From positions 2,666,001-2,730,000 of the forward strand of contig NW_027271056.1 in assembly GCF_040938485.1 (NCBI RefSeq): 64,000 nucleotides of DNA, written 5' to 3'. Below the pieces are notes generated by a model. That model was not told the origin of the DNA, made no database searches, and saw only the letters and a program-made list of their open reading frames with translations. Shown here piece by piece: positions 36,501 through 53,390 of the stretch. Within the stretch, counting starts at the first letter, position 1, and every line of letters starts with the position of its first letter. The stretch comes from Diadema antillarum (lineage: Eukaryota). Made by a program: the position numbers and the translations under genes.

Positions 36501-38075
36501 AGTATGTCTCTAATGCGTCCCAGCAGAAGCCACTAATATTGAGCACATTAAATTGCGGTGTGCATAGATGACGAGTTCTAAAGCAATATCATAAGAAAAG
36601 CACGATGGGTCTGTCTCTCTGTCAGGCTTTCTACACAGTTTGAATATAATATAAATGATAGCAATAGTACATGTATTACTATACCATGTAAAAATGTGTT
36701 TATGTGTGTGTCTGTAATGTGAGTGTGCATGATGATACATTATTTTCACCAGTAACGAAAGGCAGTTGACAGATATTTACTTGTGTCTTTTTTTTTAATG
36801 GCAGACCTTATATTCTTAAAACAACAATAACAAAAACAAACAAACAAACAAACGAACAAAATGGAAGATTTTTCTTGCATGTAAGCACCGAACAATGCGT
36901 CTTGCTGTCTTGCTAACCTAGAAAGACATTCTATGAGACCGGGTGAGAACAAGTCATAATTCTAACAGCCTAATGGGGGACGAAATTGACTCACGTAGAT
37001 GGTTGCTGAATCTGAACCCTCCGCGGAGTACCAGGCGCACTGCTTCCAGTTGTTGTAGGGCAATAGCTCGCCGGATCCGCCACTCCCTGTGGGGCCTTGG
37101 GGACCTGGTGGGCCCGGAGGTCCAGGTGGCCCTATAGCGCAGGACTGCAAAGGATAAAACACCACTGGATATGAAAGCGTGGTAAAATTCTTCATAATTT
37201 GTCTGAATGAGTTCACGTCGAGCTATTCTAAATGTCCCTGCTCGTCATACTTCGAGTTCCGTATTTATCCAAAAGTCACTATATTTCATAACTTTTCACA
37301 CGATTGTCCATATTGTTTTGGACATTATTACGACAGAAAAATATATCTAGATTTTAAAGTAATCGTCTCTGAAGGGGTCTGACATAGTAAAATGCATGAG
37401 GGTTGCACTTTTTCGTTCTTTGTTTTCATTCTTTCCATCCACTGACCATATAAGAGGCCTTTTGTATACTGGATCTCATGGCAAAGAAAGACGTGATAAC
37501 GAATGGAGGATCAAGTGGATGTTGTTTGACAGGATGAAATCATATCATTTCATTCGGGGATATTTAATGTCCACGAACGTATCAGGGAATAATGTAATGG
37601 CATGTACAATTTTAAGACACAGATACCTTTGAAAGTGTAATTTAGCTTGAATGACAGGGTAATATAGTCGTATCAAACTTACGGATTCTCGAAGTTGATC
37701 CGTACATCATGATAAAAATCACTACCAACGACCTTAACCTCTTACGGAGTGAAACTTGTTGATTAAGCAGAATAGAAATCATGGTTTTGATTAAGAAAGG
37801 GAAAGAAGAAGAAATGAGGAATGGAAAGATAGTCAAGAGGTAAGGGCAGGAAAGGGGAGACACAAAGATAAGGATTAAAGCATTATGCGAAGGAGAAAAA
37901 TATGAGTAAATGAAAACACTAATCACCCGAAAAATTGCAGCGAGGCAAAAAGGGGAAAAATACATGAATAAATTATTTATCTTACCGAGCCCCATCCGTC
38001 CACTCCGTGCAACATCAGGACAACGCTAGTAAGTACTACAGCATAGTTTCTATTCCATTCAGATTGTAGCTCCAT
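33540..38075 (-). CDS. CTHRC1: CTHRC1-like protein, copy D (198 aa)
   Basis: Exons 38075-37986 (MELQSEWNRNYAVVLTSVVLMLHGVDGWGS), 37144-36995 (SCAIGPPGPPGPPGPQGPTGSGGSGELLPYNNWKQCAWYSAEGSDSATIY), 35228-35024 (TCTFNKLESDSALW...), 33691-33540 (GYCHSLGAGSIDVKFMVGTCNGYGSSDAYTGWNSASRMIIKEVPASPYGY*). GT-AG introns, phases 0/0/1. The start codon is less certain than in other copies. Confidence 0.88.
36034..36239. other. assembly gap (N run) in intron 2 of copy D
   Basis: Run of N. Confidence 0.95.
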
Positions 38076-39705
38076 TTTATTTTCAATAAATCAGTGCACG
38101 GGGTCCAGGCTCTCTCCTTTGATGAGTATCACATCAGCAAGAGGTTTAGAAAGCGATATTTCTTTGCTTTTCACAATTTACCTTTCATCAACTTTCCACA
38201 TTAATTGTTTAGGCAGAAGATCCCCTGTGCCAATTATTGGTACGCCTGTGCACTGTGACAACACATGAACTTCTCCGCAAAACACTTTGCTGAATCAAAT
38301 AGACATCTTTCGTAACAGCTTGAGGCATCACAGAGCGGCGCATGCGCGCTTCCGTGCTATTGTTTTCAGTTATCTGCCTCGACACTTGATGAAAATCAAT
38401 GTCCTGCAATGGCATTGCCTTGATGATTTTGTCCTTTTGCCATGTTTACTTTAAACAAAATATCGAAAATAAAAGAAGAAATAAAAGAGAGGAAAAAGAA
38501 AAAAAGAAGACAGGGGGCAGGAAGAGGAGGAAAATAGGACGAAGCAATATTGATTGATCTGACAATCTTGATTATTCGCATCTCTGTGGAATCGGAGTCT
38601 CGATAAAACAATTTTTCATTGTAAATTTTGAAATTTCTGTGCGGACTGAATGACTGAAGCCTAAGTTTTTCATACAGAGTTATTTTTGTATTTTGTAATT
38701 TATATTTTGTACTAGGCCTACTTATGTACATTTGAATAACTATTCAACCAATTAAGCCCGAATTCTCTGTGATTCCCATGATTATCAATGATAAACACCT
38801 CATATTGGCGACTCTGTCGATGACATCTTCCATATTTGCATATTCTCTGTAAAAAGAAAGAATGGCAGATTATTTGCTTTTGAAGTCATCAGCAGACATT
38901 GTCATTCTGGATATCCTGCTAGACTCAGCATGAAAGTTATAAGCTACCTTTTCTGGCATATACGAAGATTATAATATCTTGGATATCAGCTATCCTTTCC
39001 ATCTTCTTTTTTCTTTTTTTATTTGAATGTGTACGTCTTGCGCAATTCCCAACTTATCGGATGTCTGGGTGGTCACGTGACACGCAGTACCGACCGCGAC
39101 TCGTGCCACTACAAGCTGACTCCAAATTGCAAACCTCGGACAATGCGCCAACAGTCGAAAGTTTACCCGCAATCGATTCAAGAGGGTTTCGTTTGTATCC
39201 CATCCCCACCCCCTCCCCTGCCAAAAAAAGAAAAAAAAAGAAAATTGATTTTTTTTCCCCCTCCAGTGTTATAGCTGCATATGCCTACTAAGAGATGAAC
39301 GATGGCAATATTTAACCCCCGGAAACAAAGATGACACCCGAGTTGTAGCTTTTTGGACAGGCATTGCATAGGAACAAATAAATAGTTCATAAATAATCAG
39401 AATCTTACAGTGTCTGACTTGGCGCTGTTGCGAAATCCATGCTAAAGAGGAAATCAAACTACATTCAAAGACACACCATCCAAAAAACGTCAAACTCTGA
39501 GCTTTCCTGAAGGCGCACCTTCAGAAGACCTTGATCTTATCACTAGCAATTGTGAAAGAATAAAGCAAATATTCACTTATGTCTATACGTAGGACTATAT
39601 ATTTCTATCTACGTGTATTGTGTTATGCATTTCATGGCTACATGCCTATCAAAAGAAAAATCTCTACCTACATAACTTTTTCGGAAAAGTGCATGAGTTG
39701 AAAAG

Positions 39706-39777
39706 TTGGTCTCCGCCGGGAATCAAACCCGGGTCTTTGGCATGGAACGCCAACGCCTTAAACCGCTCGGCAACGTC
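39706..39777 (-). mobile_element. tRNA-derived SINE head (tRNA-like, not a functional tRNA)
   Basis: Minus strand has an A box (TTGCCGAGCGG), an anticodon-like arm TTGGC-GTTCCAT-GCCAA and a T arm CCGGG-TTTGATT-CCCGG. The acceptor stem does not pair. Confidence 0.6.
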
Positions 39778-39825
39778 ATAGCGGTTCAGGCAGACCCAAG
39801 CTCGATTACCCGACGGACCAACCTT

Positions 39826-39961
39826 NNNNNNNNNNNNNNNNNNNNNNNNNNNNNNNNNNNNNNNNNNNNNNNNNNNNNNNNNNNNNNNNNNNNNNNNNNN
39901 NNNNNNNNNNNNNNNNNNNNNNNNNNNNNNNNNNNNNNNNNNNNNNNNNNNNNNNNNNNNN
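39826..39961. other. assembly gap (N run)
   Basis: Run of N. Confidence 0.95.
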
Positions 39962-41103
39962 GCCTATTCACTTTGTTGCTGTTTGGTAGGACAAACCTTC
40001 GGCAAGAATTTTGATTGTTGAGTAAACTTTTTTTAACTAAGCATGCATAATATTTCAAGTGTACATTACAGAACCGGTCTATTTGACTCCATATCCTAGA
40101 CTGGAGAAATATTAGATTGGATAAGTTTATTAGATCTGCGCAAAAATCAGAAAACAACAAATACACAAATCTGACAACATGAAAGAAAAACAGAATTTTT
40201 CCCTTTAGCAAGTACAGTATGTCGCTCATTTGAGAACAAGTAATAAAGTTAGCAACGACGATGCTTTCGAATGTATACTGCAACCGAAATAAGCAATCGT
40301 GATACTAACAGCAACGTGCGTATATGAAAGGGAATTTGTAACTCTACATTATAAAAAATTAACAACGAACACGAAACAATCATAATACAAAACATATAGA
40401 CCACTGAAATGATGTTTTTGATACTTTGTAGGTTAAAACTGATCATCTGTTTCAATGAAGATCGTGCGTTTGAAAAAAAAAAGGCGTAGGAATGTGAACG
40501 TAGTCTATCTGGAGACCGTGTCTAATTTTGAAAATTTTCTCGTGACAAAACCAAACCATATAAAAATATTCTCACCTCAGCGTTGTTTTTTTTTTTGCTA
40601 CTTGAAGTGAATGCTATTTAAGTGTTACAGAAAGATAATGGCAATGAAATTTGTATCACGTTGATACTGAATATATCATACAAAATATACGAAAAGTTCA
40701 GATTCGTATTCCAGATATTATTCAAGTACGTGACATGATATGTTACTCTCCATTTGGGAAGAGGAAAAAAGCAGGAATTGCGTAATATGATAACAAGATT
40801 GTACCGACAAAACAATGTAGAAGACACTTCTACAATGGGAAGTTTAGATTTTTAGACCCGCTGACGATTGGGAATTTAAAGGTGATATAAACGTAATATC
40901 ATTCAACAACGCAAATCGCCATGACAAGCATTGTAACGTTTGTATATGTTATGTACACTATATACAAATAAATATGTACATGTTAAACTTTATGACTATG
41001 TTAGTATTACTACAGTCTGTGGATATACCGGTAAATGAGAAAGTAGAAGAGATATTTTGATAGAATCAGTAAAAATGAAGCATAAATATTCTAACGAGTA
41101 ATA

Positions 41104-41269
41104 AAAGCGAATTTCATTAGTTCACAATCAAAAATCTTTTACCTTGTGTGAGCTTTCGCCTACTGTTTTCTGCAGGTTTCTTCAGACTGGCGTTAGCCTG
41201 CAGAAAACAGTAGGCAAAAGCTCACACAAGGTAAAAGATTTTTGATTGTGAACTTATGAAATTCGCTTT
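41104..41269. repeat. fold-back element: 73-bp inverted arms, 20-nt loop
   Basis: 41104-41176 is the reverse complement of 41197-41269 with 2 mismatches. A single arm recurs at about 21345-21420. Confidence 0.9.
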
Positions 41270-41844
41270 CATTAGAGATTTACCAATCAGATGAACCTCT
41301 TCCAAGATTCTAACGAGTAACTTGAATCGGTTTACTATACCTGCCTCCTCTATTGTTTTGTCTAAAGAATTCCAGTTTTGTATATAGGATCTGTGAAAAA
41401 TAAGTTTCGGTAGCAAATACTGTTCTGCTTTTAGGTAAGTGATAGTTATTGTCCAGTATCCCCTCAATGCACATACCGGTAATCATTTTCATTATTTTAA
41501 GTCATAATGTAGATTATTTCTGTCAAGTTTATATTATTATATTGATATAAATGTAAGCGATAAAGGCGATTTATTCTAAGAATACATTTGTAACAAAATA
41601 ATTCATCAGTATTTGCTCTAAAGGGAGCATTGCATATTATTCTCATTACTTTTTTTCTTTTCTTTTTGAGGCATTAAAACAGTGTTAAGTCTTGCTTGGG
41701 TAGCATTTCCGCATGGCAGAATCTCATGTTTATTTAAGGTAGGGTAGAATAATTGTACAACACAACATGGTAAATGCTGGTATTTGAAGAACGCTTTAGT
41801 GTCGAATGTATGAGTATTTTCCGTTGATGTGTCTCGTCCTCGAA

Positions 41845-44800
41845 CTAGCTGTAGGGTGATGCCGGTAATTCTTCGATGATGATTCTCGAAATGCTGTTCC
41901 ATCCAGTGTAACAGTCAAAATAGCCGTAGCCGCTGCATGCTCCCACATTGAATGCGACGGTGATGTCTCCCGCTGCGAGGCCGTCACATACACCTGTGTA
42001 AGTGGAAATAAGATTCTTCAAAAGTCGTTCTTTCTCCTGAAGGCTGAAGAGACATCAAGATTCTTTTGAACACGTCATTTTTTAATCACCAACAACATTT
42101 CGACTACTGCAATCAGCAATTGTATGGATATAATCATTAGCGCCATTGCGACATCATGTGACTGCCGTCATTATCAATTCGTTGTCATTGCTGCCAATAT
42201 CGATATCATTGTCGTCTCTCCGAATCATTATTATCGAATCAACCTAAACCTTGACCAAATGAGAGTCACGAGACACAAAGTTCTGTGGATAGCTGTCATA
42301 TGCAAGGTAAGGTCCCAAAGGGATGGTGTTATTGGCCACCTTTATACAGAATATTCGCCTCGACTGAAATTGGCATAAAACCGTCGTACCGTCATCTCCA
42401 CTTCGATTGATGTCACCACACTATCACCACACCCGGAACCACTGTATATCATATTTACCATATTCTACCATATTCATATCATCATCAAAATAATTGTCCT
42501 AACCATCTTCTCCACTTTCATCACCTTTTTGTATCCCCCTTCCTTTTTTTCCTGCTATTTCTTGTTCTCCTCGAACTTCTTCAAAATTTCCTTTCTTGTG
42601 TTTTGTTTATACTTTTTTCGTTATTCCTTATTTCTTTTGCAAGACTTTGTAATCATTTTTTGGGGGTCAAAATAGGGACGGAAGATCTCTACTCCTTGAT
42701 CGCCTGCGTTTAAGGGTAATTGGTTCCATTCACTACTTTGTAGTCAAAGTAACTGTTGCCCAGTTCTGGATTGTTATCTCTATGGATATTATCATGATCA
42801 CCATCACCTCAGTAACCAATGTAGCCCTATTGTGTAAGCACAATTAAGGGTTGCATGACATTTGCTCCTGCGACAATAAATTGCTCCCATGAAATATCTG
42901 CACGCTATAAGCCAAACATAAATTCTGCCCAGAAACATAAACCCAACCCTAATCTTAATCTTCACATCAAACTAAACCTAAAACTTAAACCTAACCCTAT
43001 CACAATCCTAACCCTAACCTTAAGTTCTTGGAGAATATATGACAGGAGCAATTACCGCAGGGGTAAACATCGTGTCACCTGTCCAATAGGGTCCTGCCAT
43101 ATCTCTTTTTCTTTTTACCTTAGCATTGCCAGATATGGATTGATAAACCTGGGTATAAAAAAAAATAGTAAAGTGATACCCCTTTCAACGTCTAATCCAC
43201 GATATCGCGGAGCTCGATCATTGATATCTTCAAAATCATTATTTTCCGCACATTAGTCATCAAGCACTGTCAAGTCAAACCCGTTGTTTGTCTATGACAA
43301 TAGCGAAGAAAAGGAAAAAACATAATGAAAAAAGAAGAAAAACGCACCTGATATCGTTCTGTGTCGATGTAAGTCGGCGCTGCTGTAGTGGGCCATGTAC
43401 ACGGTGCCGTCGATGACTTGCGGGTTGCTACACTCGGCACCGTTGAAGGTGAAGTACCATCGGCAGCAGCAGCCGTGGCATCCAGAGAGACGGGTGCAGC
43501 CACTGAAGGCGACGAAGAGCGATGACGTAGCAGAGTTCTTCGTAAACGAACACGACTTCGATAAAAAGAAAAGAGAATGGAGAGACGTCATGAGCGAAGA
43601 TTGGCAATCAGAAAAACAATCGATGCGTTTTCACGGTGTGGCGGGCTGTCCACTTTCTAATCAAATGCAGCATGCAGTTTGCATTGTAACCAATGCAACC
43701 CATGCAAATCGATGTCAACAAACTTTTTCTTCTTGTATAGTCCTCTTGCTATAACGATCTATTCCCCATTACCCTTTATTCTTCAACAAATCTGAATGTG
43801 ATCAAGATTACAACTTGCAACAAAAATGAGGACTGCTTGGTTCATAGAAATTATCTAGTAGTTCATTTATACATATATATTTAAAAAGAAACCCCGAAAT
43901 GAATTACACTCTGACAATCATGTGCATATTCATTATGCTTCAGATAGAGACACTCACGTAAATGGCTCCGTTGTCCGACCCCGATGCCCAATCGTATGTA
44001 CACTGTCTCCAATTTTTGTTGGCCAGCATGACGTCATACCAAGTGTCGCCGGTCCCGGACCCCTGGTCACCTTCATCTCCTGAGGGACCTTGTGGGCCTT
44101 CCGGTCCCACACACTATCGATGATTCGACAATATGAAAAAATAAAATGTATGACAGTGTGAAAAACAAGTAATTGCGTGTAACATAACACGTAATGCACT
44201 GACCAATTAAAATCACAAAGCGAAGAGTATCTTGATTAGTGAGGCTTCATCTTTCTATTTGGGCCTGTAATAAAATAGGATTGATGAGAAATGTTCCCAG
44301 TTACCTTTGTTGAACATTTATCGAAACCTTGTCCACGGTTTTAGACCATGATTAATACAGAGAAGACTATAGTGATTCTATCAAGACACGTTTTCCATTG
44401 TTAGTCGACGGGGGTATGCTGGAAAAGTGGGTTGCTTCGATTAAGATAAAAGAACATAGATCATTGCAAATGTATAGGCTTAATAATACTAAAGGGCGTG
44501 GTCACTCGCTAACACAAAACATAAGAAACCATGGCCAGTAACACAAATGCACTCATCAGTTCCATAATGTACTACTTCTGTCACAAGCTTCGTACGACTG
44601 AAGTTACATACATCATGTACCACAGCTGTGCGCCTTGGCTCGATTCTCGAAACCAGGCAGATTTTGACACCATTCACCTAACACCTTTTAAATAAACGTG
44701 AAGTGATCATTAGCACCTTTGTTTACTACCCTAGTGAAAAGTTGGACCTTTTTAAACAAACAAACAATGAGAAAAGCAAACGCTTTACTATTCATGATAT

Positions 44801-45002
44801 TGACGCTGCACAATGCCGTTGGATTTAAGCGGATGACATAAAAGTGTGAGAATAAGCGGGTGAATAATTGCTTACAGTACAATAGAATTAGGTAATTGAC
44901 AGCATTAAAATTTACGGAATTGCTTACTTGTTGAATCGATCTGCCAATCAGCACGCTGCTAAGGAGTAGGAAAAAGAGGTAGTGATGTTTGATCGCCGCC
45001 AT
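41845..45002 (-). CDS. CTHRC1: CTHRC1-like protein, copy E (195 aa; Cys-rich, acidic-collagen subfamily)
   Basis: Exons 45002-44928 (MAAIKHHYLFFLLLSSVLIGRSIQQ), 44113-43958 (CVGPEGPQGPSGDEGDQGSGTGDTWYDVMLANKNWRQCTYDWASGSDNGAIY), 43555-43348 (SCSFTKNSATSSLFVAFSGCTRLSGCHGCCCRWYFTFNGAECSNP...HRHRTIS), 41993-41845 ([49 protein letters not shown]). GT-AG introns, phases 0/0/1. Confidence 0.92.
42849..43079. mobile_element. small TIR element with internal telomere-like (CCCTAA)-type repeats in intron 3 of copy E
   Basis: Degenerate inverted ends GGTTGCATGACATTTGCTCCTGCGAC.. / ..GGAGCAATTACCGCAGGGGTAAACATCGTGTCACC and internal aaccctaa/aacctaa units. Absent from the aligned position in copy F intron 3. 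Confidence 0.6.
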
Positions 45003-45569
45003 TTTTGGACGACTCGGCTCTTGTTGTTCATGTCTTGCTCACTCAAACGCCCTGAGCACCTTGTTATCGATCCGTTCCCTACTCTTATGCTGTGATGCAG
45101 AGTGCGGCTTTCTCTCACCGCTGAAAGGCCTTTAAGTTTTAGACCTCAGCGGTGTCCTGTTGTAGGCAATTCGTCCCTCCTCTTTGGAGATCGATTTGGA
45201 GTAATCAGCATAACAAAGATTTCGTGCGACAAGTTATCGGTTGTGTCTTGCACATTGCTTGTTTCATTTGTTCTGCAACTACATAAGGCTTGTTGTCACT
45301 GATAACGGATGCTTAAAATGGCAGAAAAGTAAGAAATTATGACAAAATTGCCTATCTCATCACAGGCATTTCATCGACTATAGGTGCGGTGCTATAGTTA
45401 ATACAGAGAGCTCATTATATAAGTAGATCACTGAATTGTGTTCAAACAAGTTTGATAAGTTCTTCCAGTGGAATCATGCGACATATTGAAATCCTTTACC
45501 AACTCTTCAGAATAATTTGTGCATAATAATTGGGGAATTTTGCATTACAAAAAACAAAAGGACACAAGC

Positions 45570-45623
<54 letters not shown>

Positions 45624-47405
45624 GTTACATATTTATATATAATATGTATCCATAAATGTATATGTATATAAGCCTATGTACTATACTCAGTGTATTCATA
45701 ATGCTTATATGCATTCATTAACCTCTTTATATATTCATCAGGTCATATTAAGGTAAGATAAAAGGCGAAACATACTAACTGCAGGAACATTATCTTTGAC
45801 ACTTTAACTTTCGTTAAACTTTAGTTTATTTTATTTTATACATTATATCAGCGTGCTGACCAGAGCAGCATTAAGTATCAACAAGTCGATGTCACATTAT
45901 TCTTTAAAGTAATTTTAAACACTTTCTACATTGTCTTCTTATCCTCTATAACACTATTCAAGTATATTCACACATATCGTCTCCCAAGGCTGAAAATTAG
46001 ATCATGAGAGAATTTCTTCATAGATTTACGTGTCAAAAATCCAACCACGTAGCAGGCGCATATGAGAGCATCATTTAAGTTTGATAAGTTAATCTTTTGC
46101 ACGTTTGTAATGAGCCCAATGCGAGCGATCTTTAAGACATTTTACCTGCATAACGCAACAATATTTACAAAAGTCGCATAAACAGAGAAGAGATAATATC
46201 ATAGAAATTAATTCTAGAAGTACGTAACTTCAGCGTCAAATAATAGATTCAAATACATTCAAATACATGCTGCATTTCGGTTTCATAAAAAAAAAGTTGA
46301 TACTGGTATAACTCTGAAAATTCATAACGATATGATGATTATTCTTCTCCGTGTAAATCCACGAGAATCCTATTCGAAATAACCAAAAATATCAACAACA
46401 ACAACACAAACATGTTACAGGGCCGTGCACATGTCCTATAATGTTTGATTACCAGATACCTGGATTAACAAGTTGATAAGAGAAGCCTGAAATTTACATG
46501 ACTGTCGCAATAGATAATAATGTTAGCTCATGATTATCCAAATGAAGTTAGAATTTGTAAACTCTGCAGATCTGTTGTTACACGTCGAGGCAATGGTTTT
46601 GACGTCATGGCATGCAAAGCTAGGTGAGCAAATAGATCAGTTAGAGAATCTCAGAATGTTTCAACGTACACTTTGGCTTAGTACACCTATTCAGCTGAAC
46701 ATTAGTTTTAATTTTTCAAATCTTCGGGTAATTTTGATATAGGTCAAAATCTCCCGCCTCCATAAGATTGGTACTTCTGAATTTTAATGTATATCCTAGA
46801 CTTGAAAAAAAAAAAGATCAGATGGACTGTTGAATTCATTAAACTTGCACAAATCAGAATATAAATACAGAAATTTGGCAATTCGAGAAAGAACAAGAAT
46901 TTTCATAGTGCAACTATATTGCCAATTTTAGAACCTGTTACAAATTTAGTGATGACAAGGTTTTTATATAATATAGTGCAATTGAAATAAAACAATCATG
47001 TATGAACAACAAATTTATCAGATGAAAGAGAATTTAAATTCTCCATTATAAAACACTAACAACGAATAATAGCAATCATGATACAAAACATAGACCATAG
47101 ATATGTTGTTTCTGATATCTATTTCAGGGAAAGGTCAGAAAAGTATTGAAAAAAAGTAGAAAATACCACTGCTGAGGATGCGAAATTGGTCCATTCTGAT
47201 GCCGTTCATAACTTTTACAATCTTAGTGTTAAGACGAAAACAAACAAAATATTCTCTCCTCGGCGAAATTGATATTGTTACGACTCGAAGGAAATGCTCT
47301 TACGGAAAGAGAATGCCACTGACGTTTATATCAAATTAGTGTTAAACTGTCGTAAACGATATGAACACATAAGTCTACTTTCCGTTGACGCATCTCGTCC
47401 TCGAA

Positions 47406-51477
<4,072 letters not shown>

Positions 51478-52879
51478 TTTGGACTACTTTGAGTTCTTGT
51501 TGTCCATCTCTTTCTCACCACTCTAACTCTTTGCACACCTTATTATCGATCCATGCGCTTTTTTTTAATGCAGAGAATGGATTTCAATCCCCGCTGAAAG
51601 ACCTCTGAATTTTAAGTCTTAGCAATCTCTCATTGTAGGTAATTTGCCCCTCCTCTTTGAGATCGATGCGGAGTAATTAGCATGACAAAGATTTCGCATA
51701 ACGCGCAACAAATTTCGGTGTTGTGTCTCGCACTTTACTTGCATTCATTTAATGAATACAAGTAATGTGTAAGTAATGTGCGAGACACAATGCCGCGTTT
51801 GTTGCACATCTCACGAGAAATCTTTGTTGAATTTGTTATGTGACTCTACAAAGTATGTAGTGGAGTCTTTAAATGCCGAAAAAGTCAAGTATTCGTATAC
51901 GATGTACCTTCATCTTTTACGCAGTTAGACGGATGTATGCCATATACTATTTAAGAATACAAGAAACGCAATATATGACAATGGAAGAGTGTGCGTCTTC
52001 AAATTTTATCAATTATATTCAAATGAATAATATCATATCCCTAGATATTGTGCTTCCAGAGCGCCTGAAAAAAAAACAAAAAAAAAAAACGATCGGTTCT
52101 TTTGATGGAACCCTGATAAGACACGCCAAAATCAGTGATCATTTCTTCAGAATAATTCAGAATTCAGAATGCAGAATAATTAGTCATTATTCATCACTGC
52201 AATTCTAAATAATTGCTCTTATGATGTGGTGTGACAATGAAGAAGGGAACTTATCAAAGCACCTTACATAATAACAGGCCACCGCCATTGGTCTTTAGCA
52301 CCTTTGGTTTCATAATGTAATAATTTCACAGTTTTACAAAAGTAAGATGTACAAGGAAATGGACCGAACGTTTTTGTTGTTTTTTGTTATTTTATAGAAC
52401 ATCAACGAGATCAGAGATGAACATGAATGCCTATGACACCTTTCGGGTTAGAGGTAAAATACAAGAAAGAAATAGCCCTGATGATGCATTTCAGACATGT
52501 TTCATTAGATAAATTACTGAATGCCATCCTTCAAATGGCATGGTATAATGGTGTAATTATGTAAAGGTACTGTTTAATATTGGGAGCAGTGATTTAAGAA
52601 ATGTTCGAGTTATCACATTTGATGCATGTGCATATAAGTCAGTTGTATGGCAAAAATCCTACCATATAAAAATTTCGCAATATAGCCTACTGAATATAAA
52701 AAGATACTACATGTATTTTTCTCAATAAAACATAACTGTAGACGGTTTATACTAGAAACAATTGTATTATAACTATAGTTCACATTTTGTATATCTAACA
52801 GTACTTAACATTGATTATACAGATCAACATCTTAACAATGGTTGTTTTTATCCCTAACTCACGTTTAAAAACTATTTCG

Positions 52880-53390
52880 AAGCACTATTAAAAGCTGGGT
52901 TTTTGTTTCATCGGCAAATGGCAAATATTGCCTTTAATCTCCACTCTCGTCGTACCCCAAATGAATCTTTGAGGCATTGTTCCTATAGGACCATTCGGAA
53001 GTGACGAACACAAGGTATCAGGTACAAGGCATGGTCCTCTCAAATGAATATCAAGAAACCCAACAGTCAAAAGTTGTTTACAGATTCAAATATTTGATAT
53101 AATGTATTTACAGTCCTTTCAAGAACTTCGTCAAAGATTTAATTTGATGAAATCGTGATGCCGCCCTCACATGTCGATAATACAGAATATCAGGGGTGCT
53201 CTCTTTCCAATCAGACAAATGCTAAAAATAATCTTCAAAAATGCATTGCCCACGAAAAATATGAACTCTCTGAATTTATGGTTATTTAGTTGTAGTTCGG
53301 TAGGTTTAAGTCTGAAGGATTATTTGATAGGTTTAATCAATAGCTCGACTGAGTTTTGTGATAGTTAATAAAATTCAGTGAAACTAACCA
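52880..53390 (-). mobile_element. highly decayed L1/Tx1-like RT C-terminal fragment
   Basis: Motifs appear in the expected order across frames: INYHKT, KPIK* (cf. PIKYLG), FIWGTTRVEIKGNICHLP (cf. FIW...IK...LP...GGL). Many stops. Confidence 0.45.

Noticed and set aside
39706-39777. Possible tRNA-Gly(TCC) gene
   Set aside because: The acceptor stem does not pair, the loop starts with G rather than a pyrimidine, and the T loop is TTTGA; treated as a SINE head.
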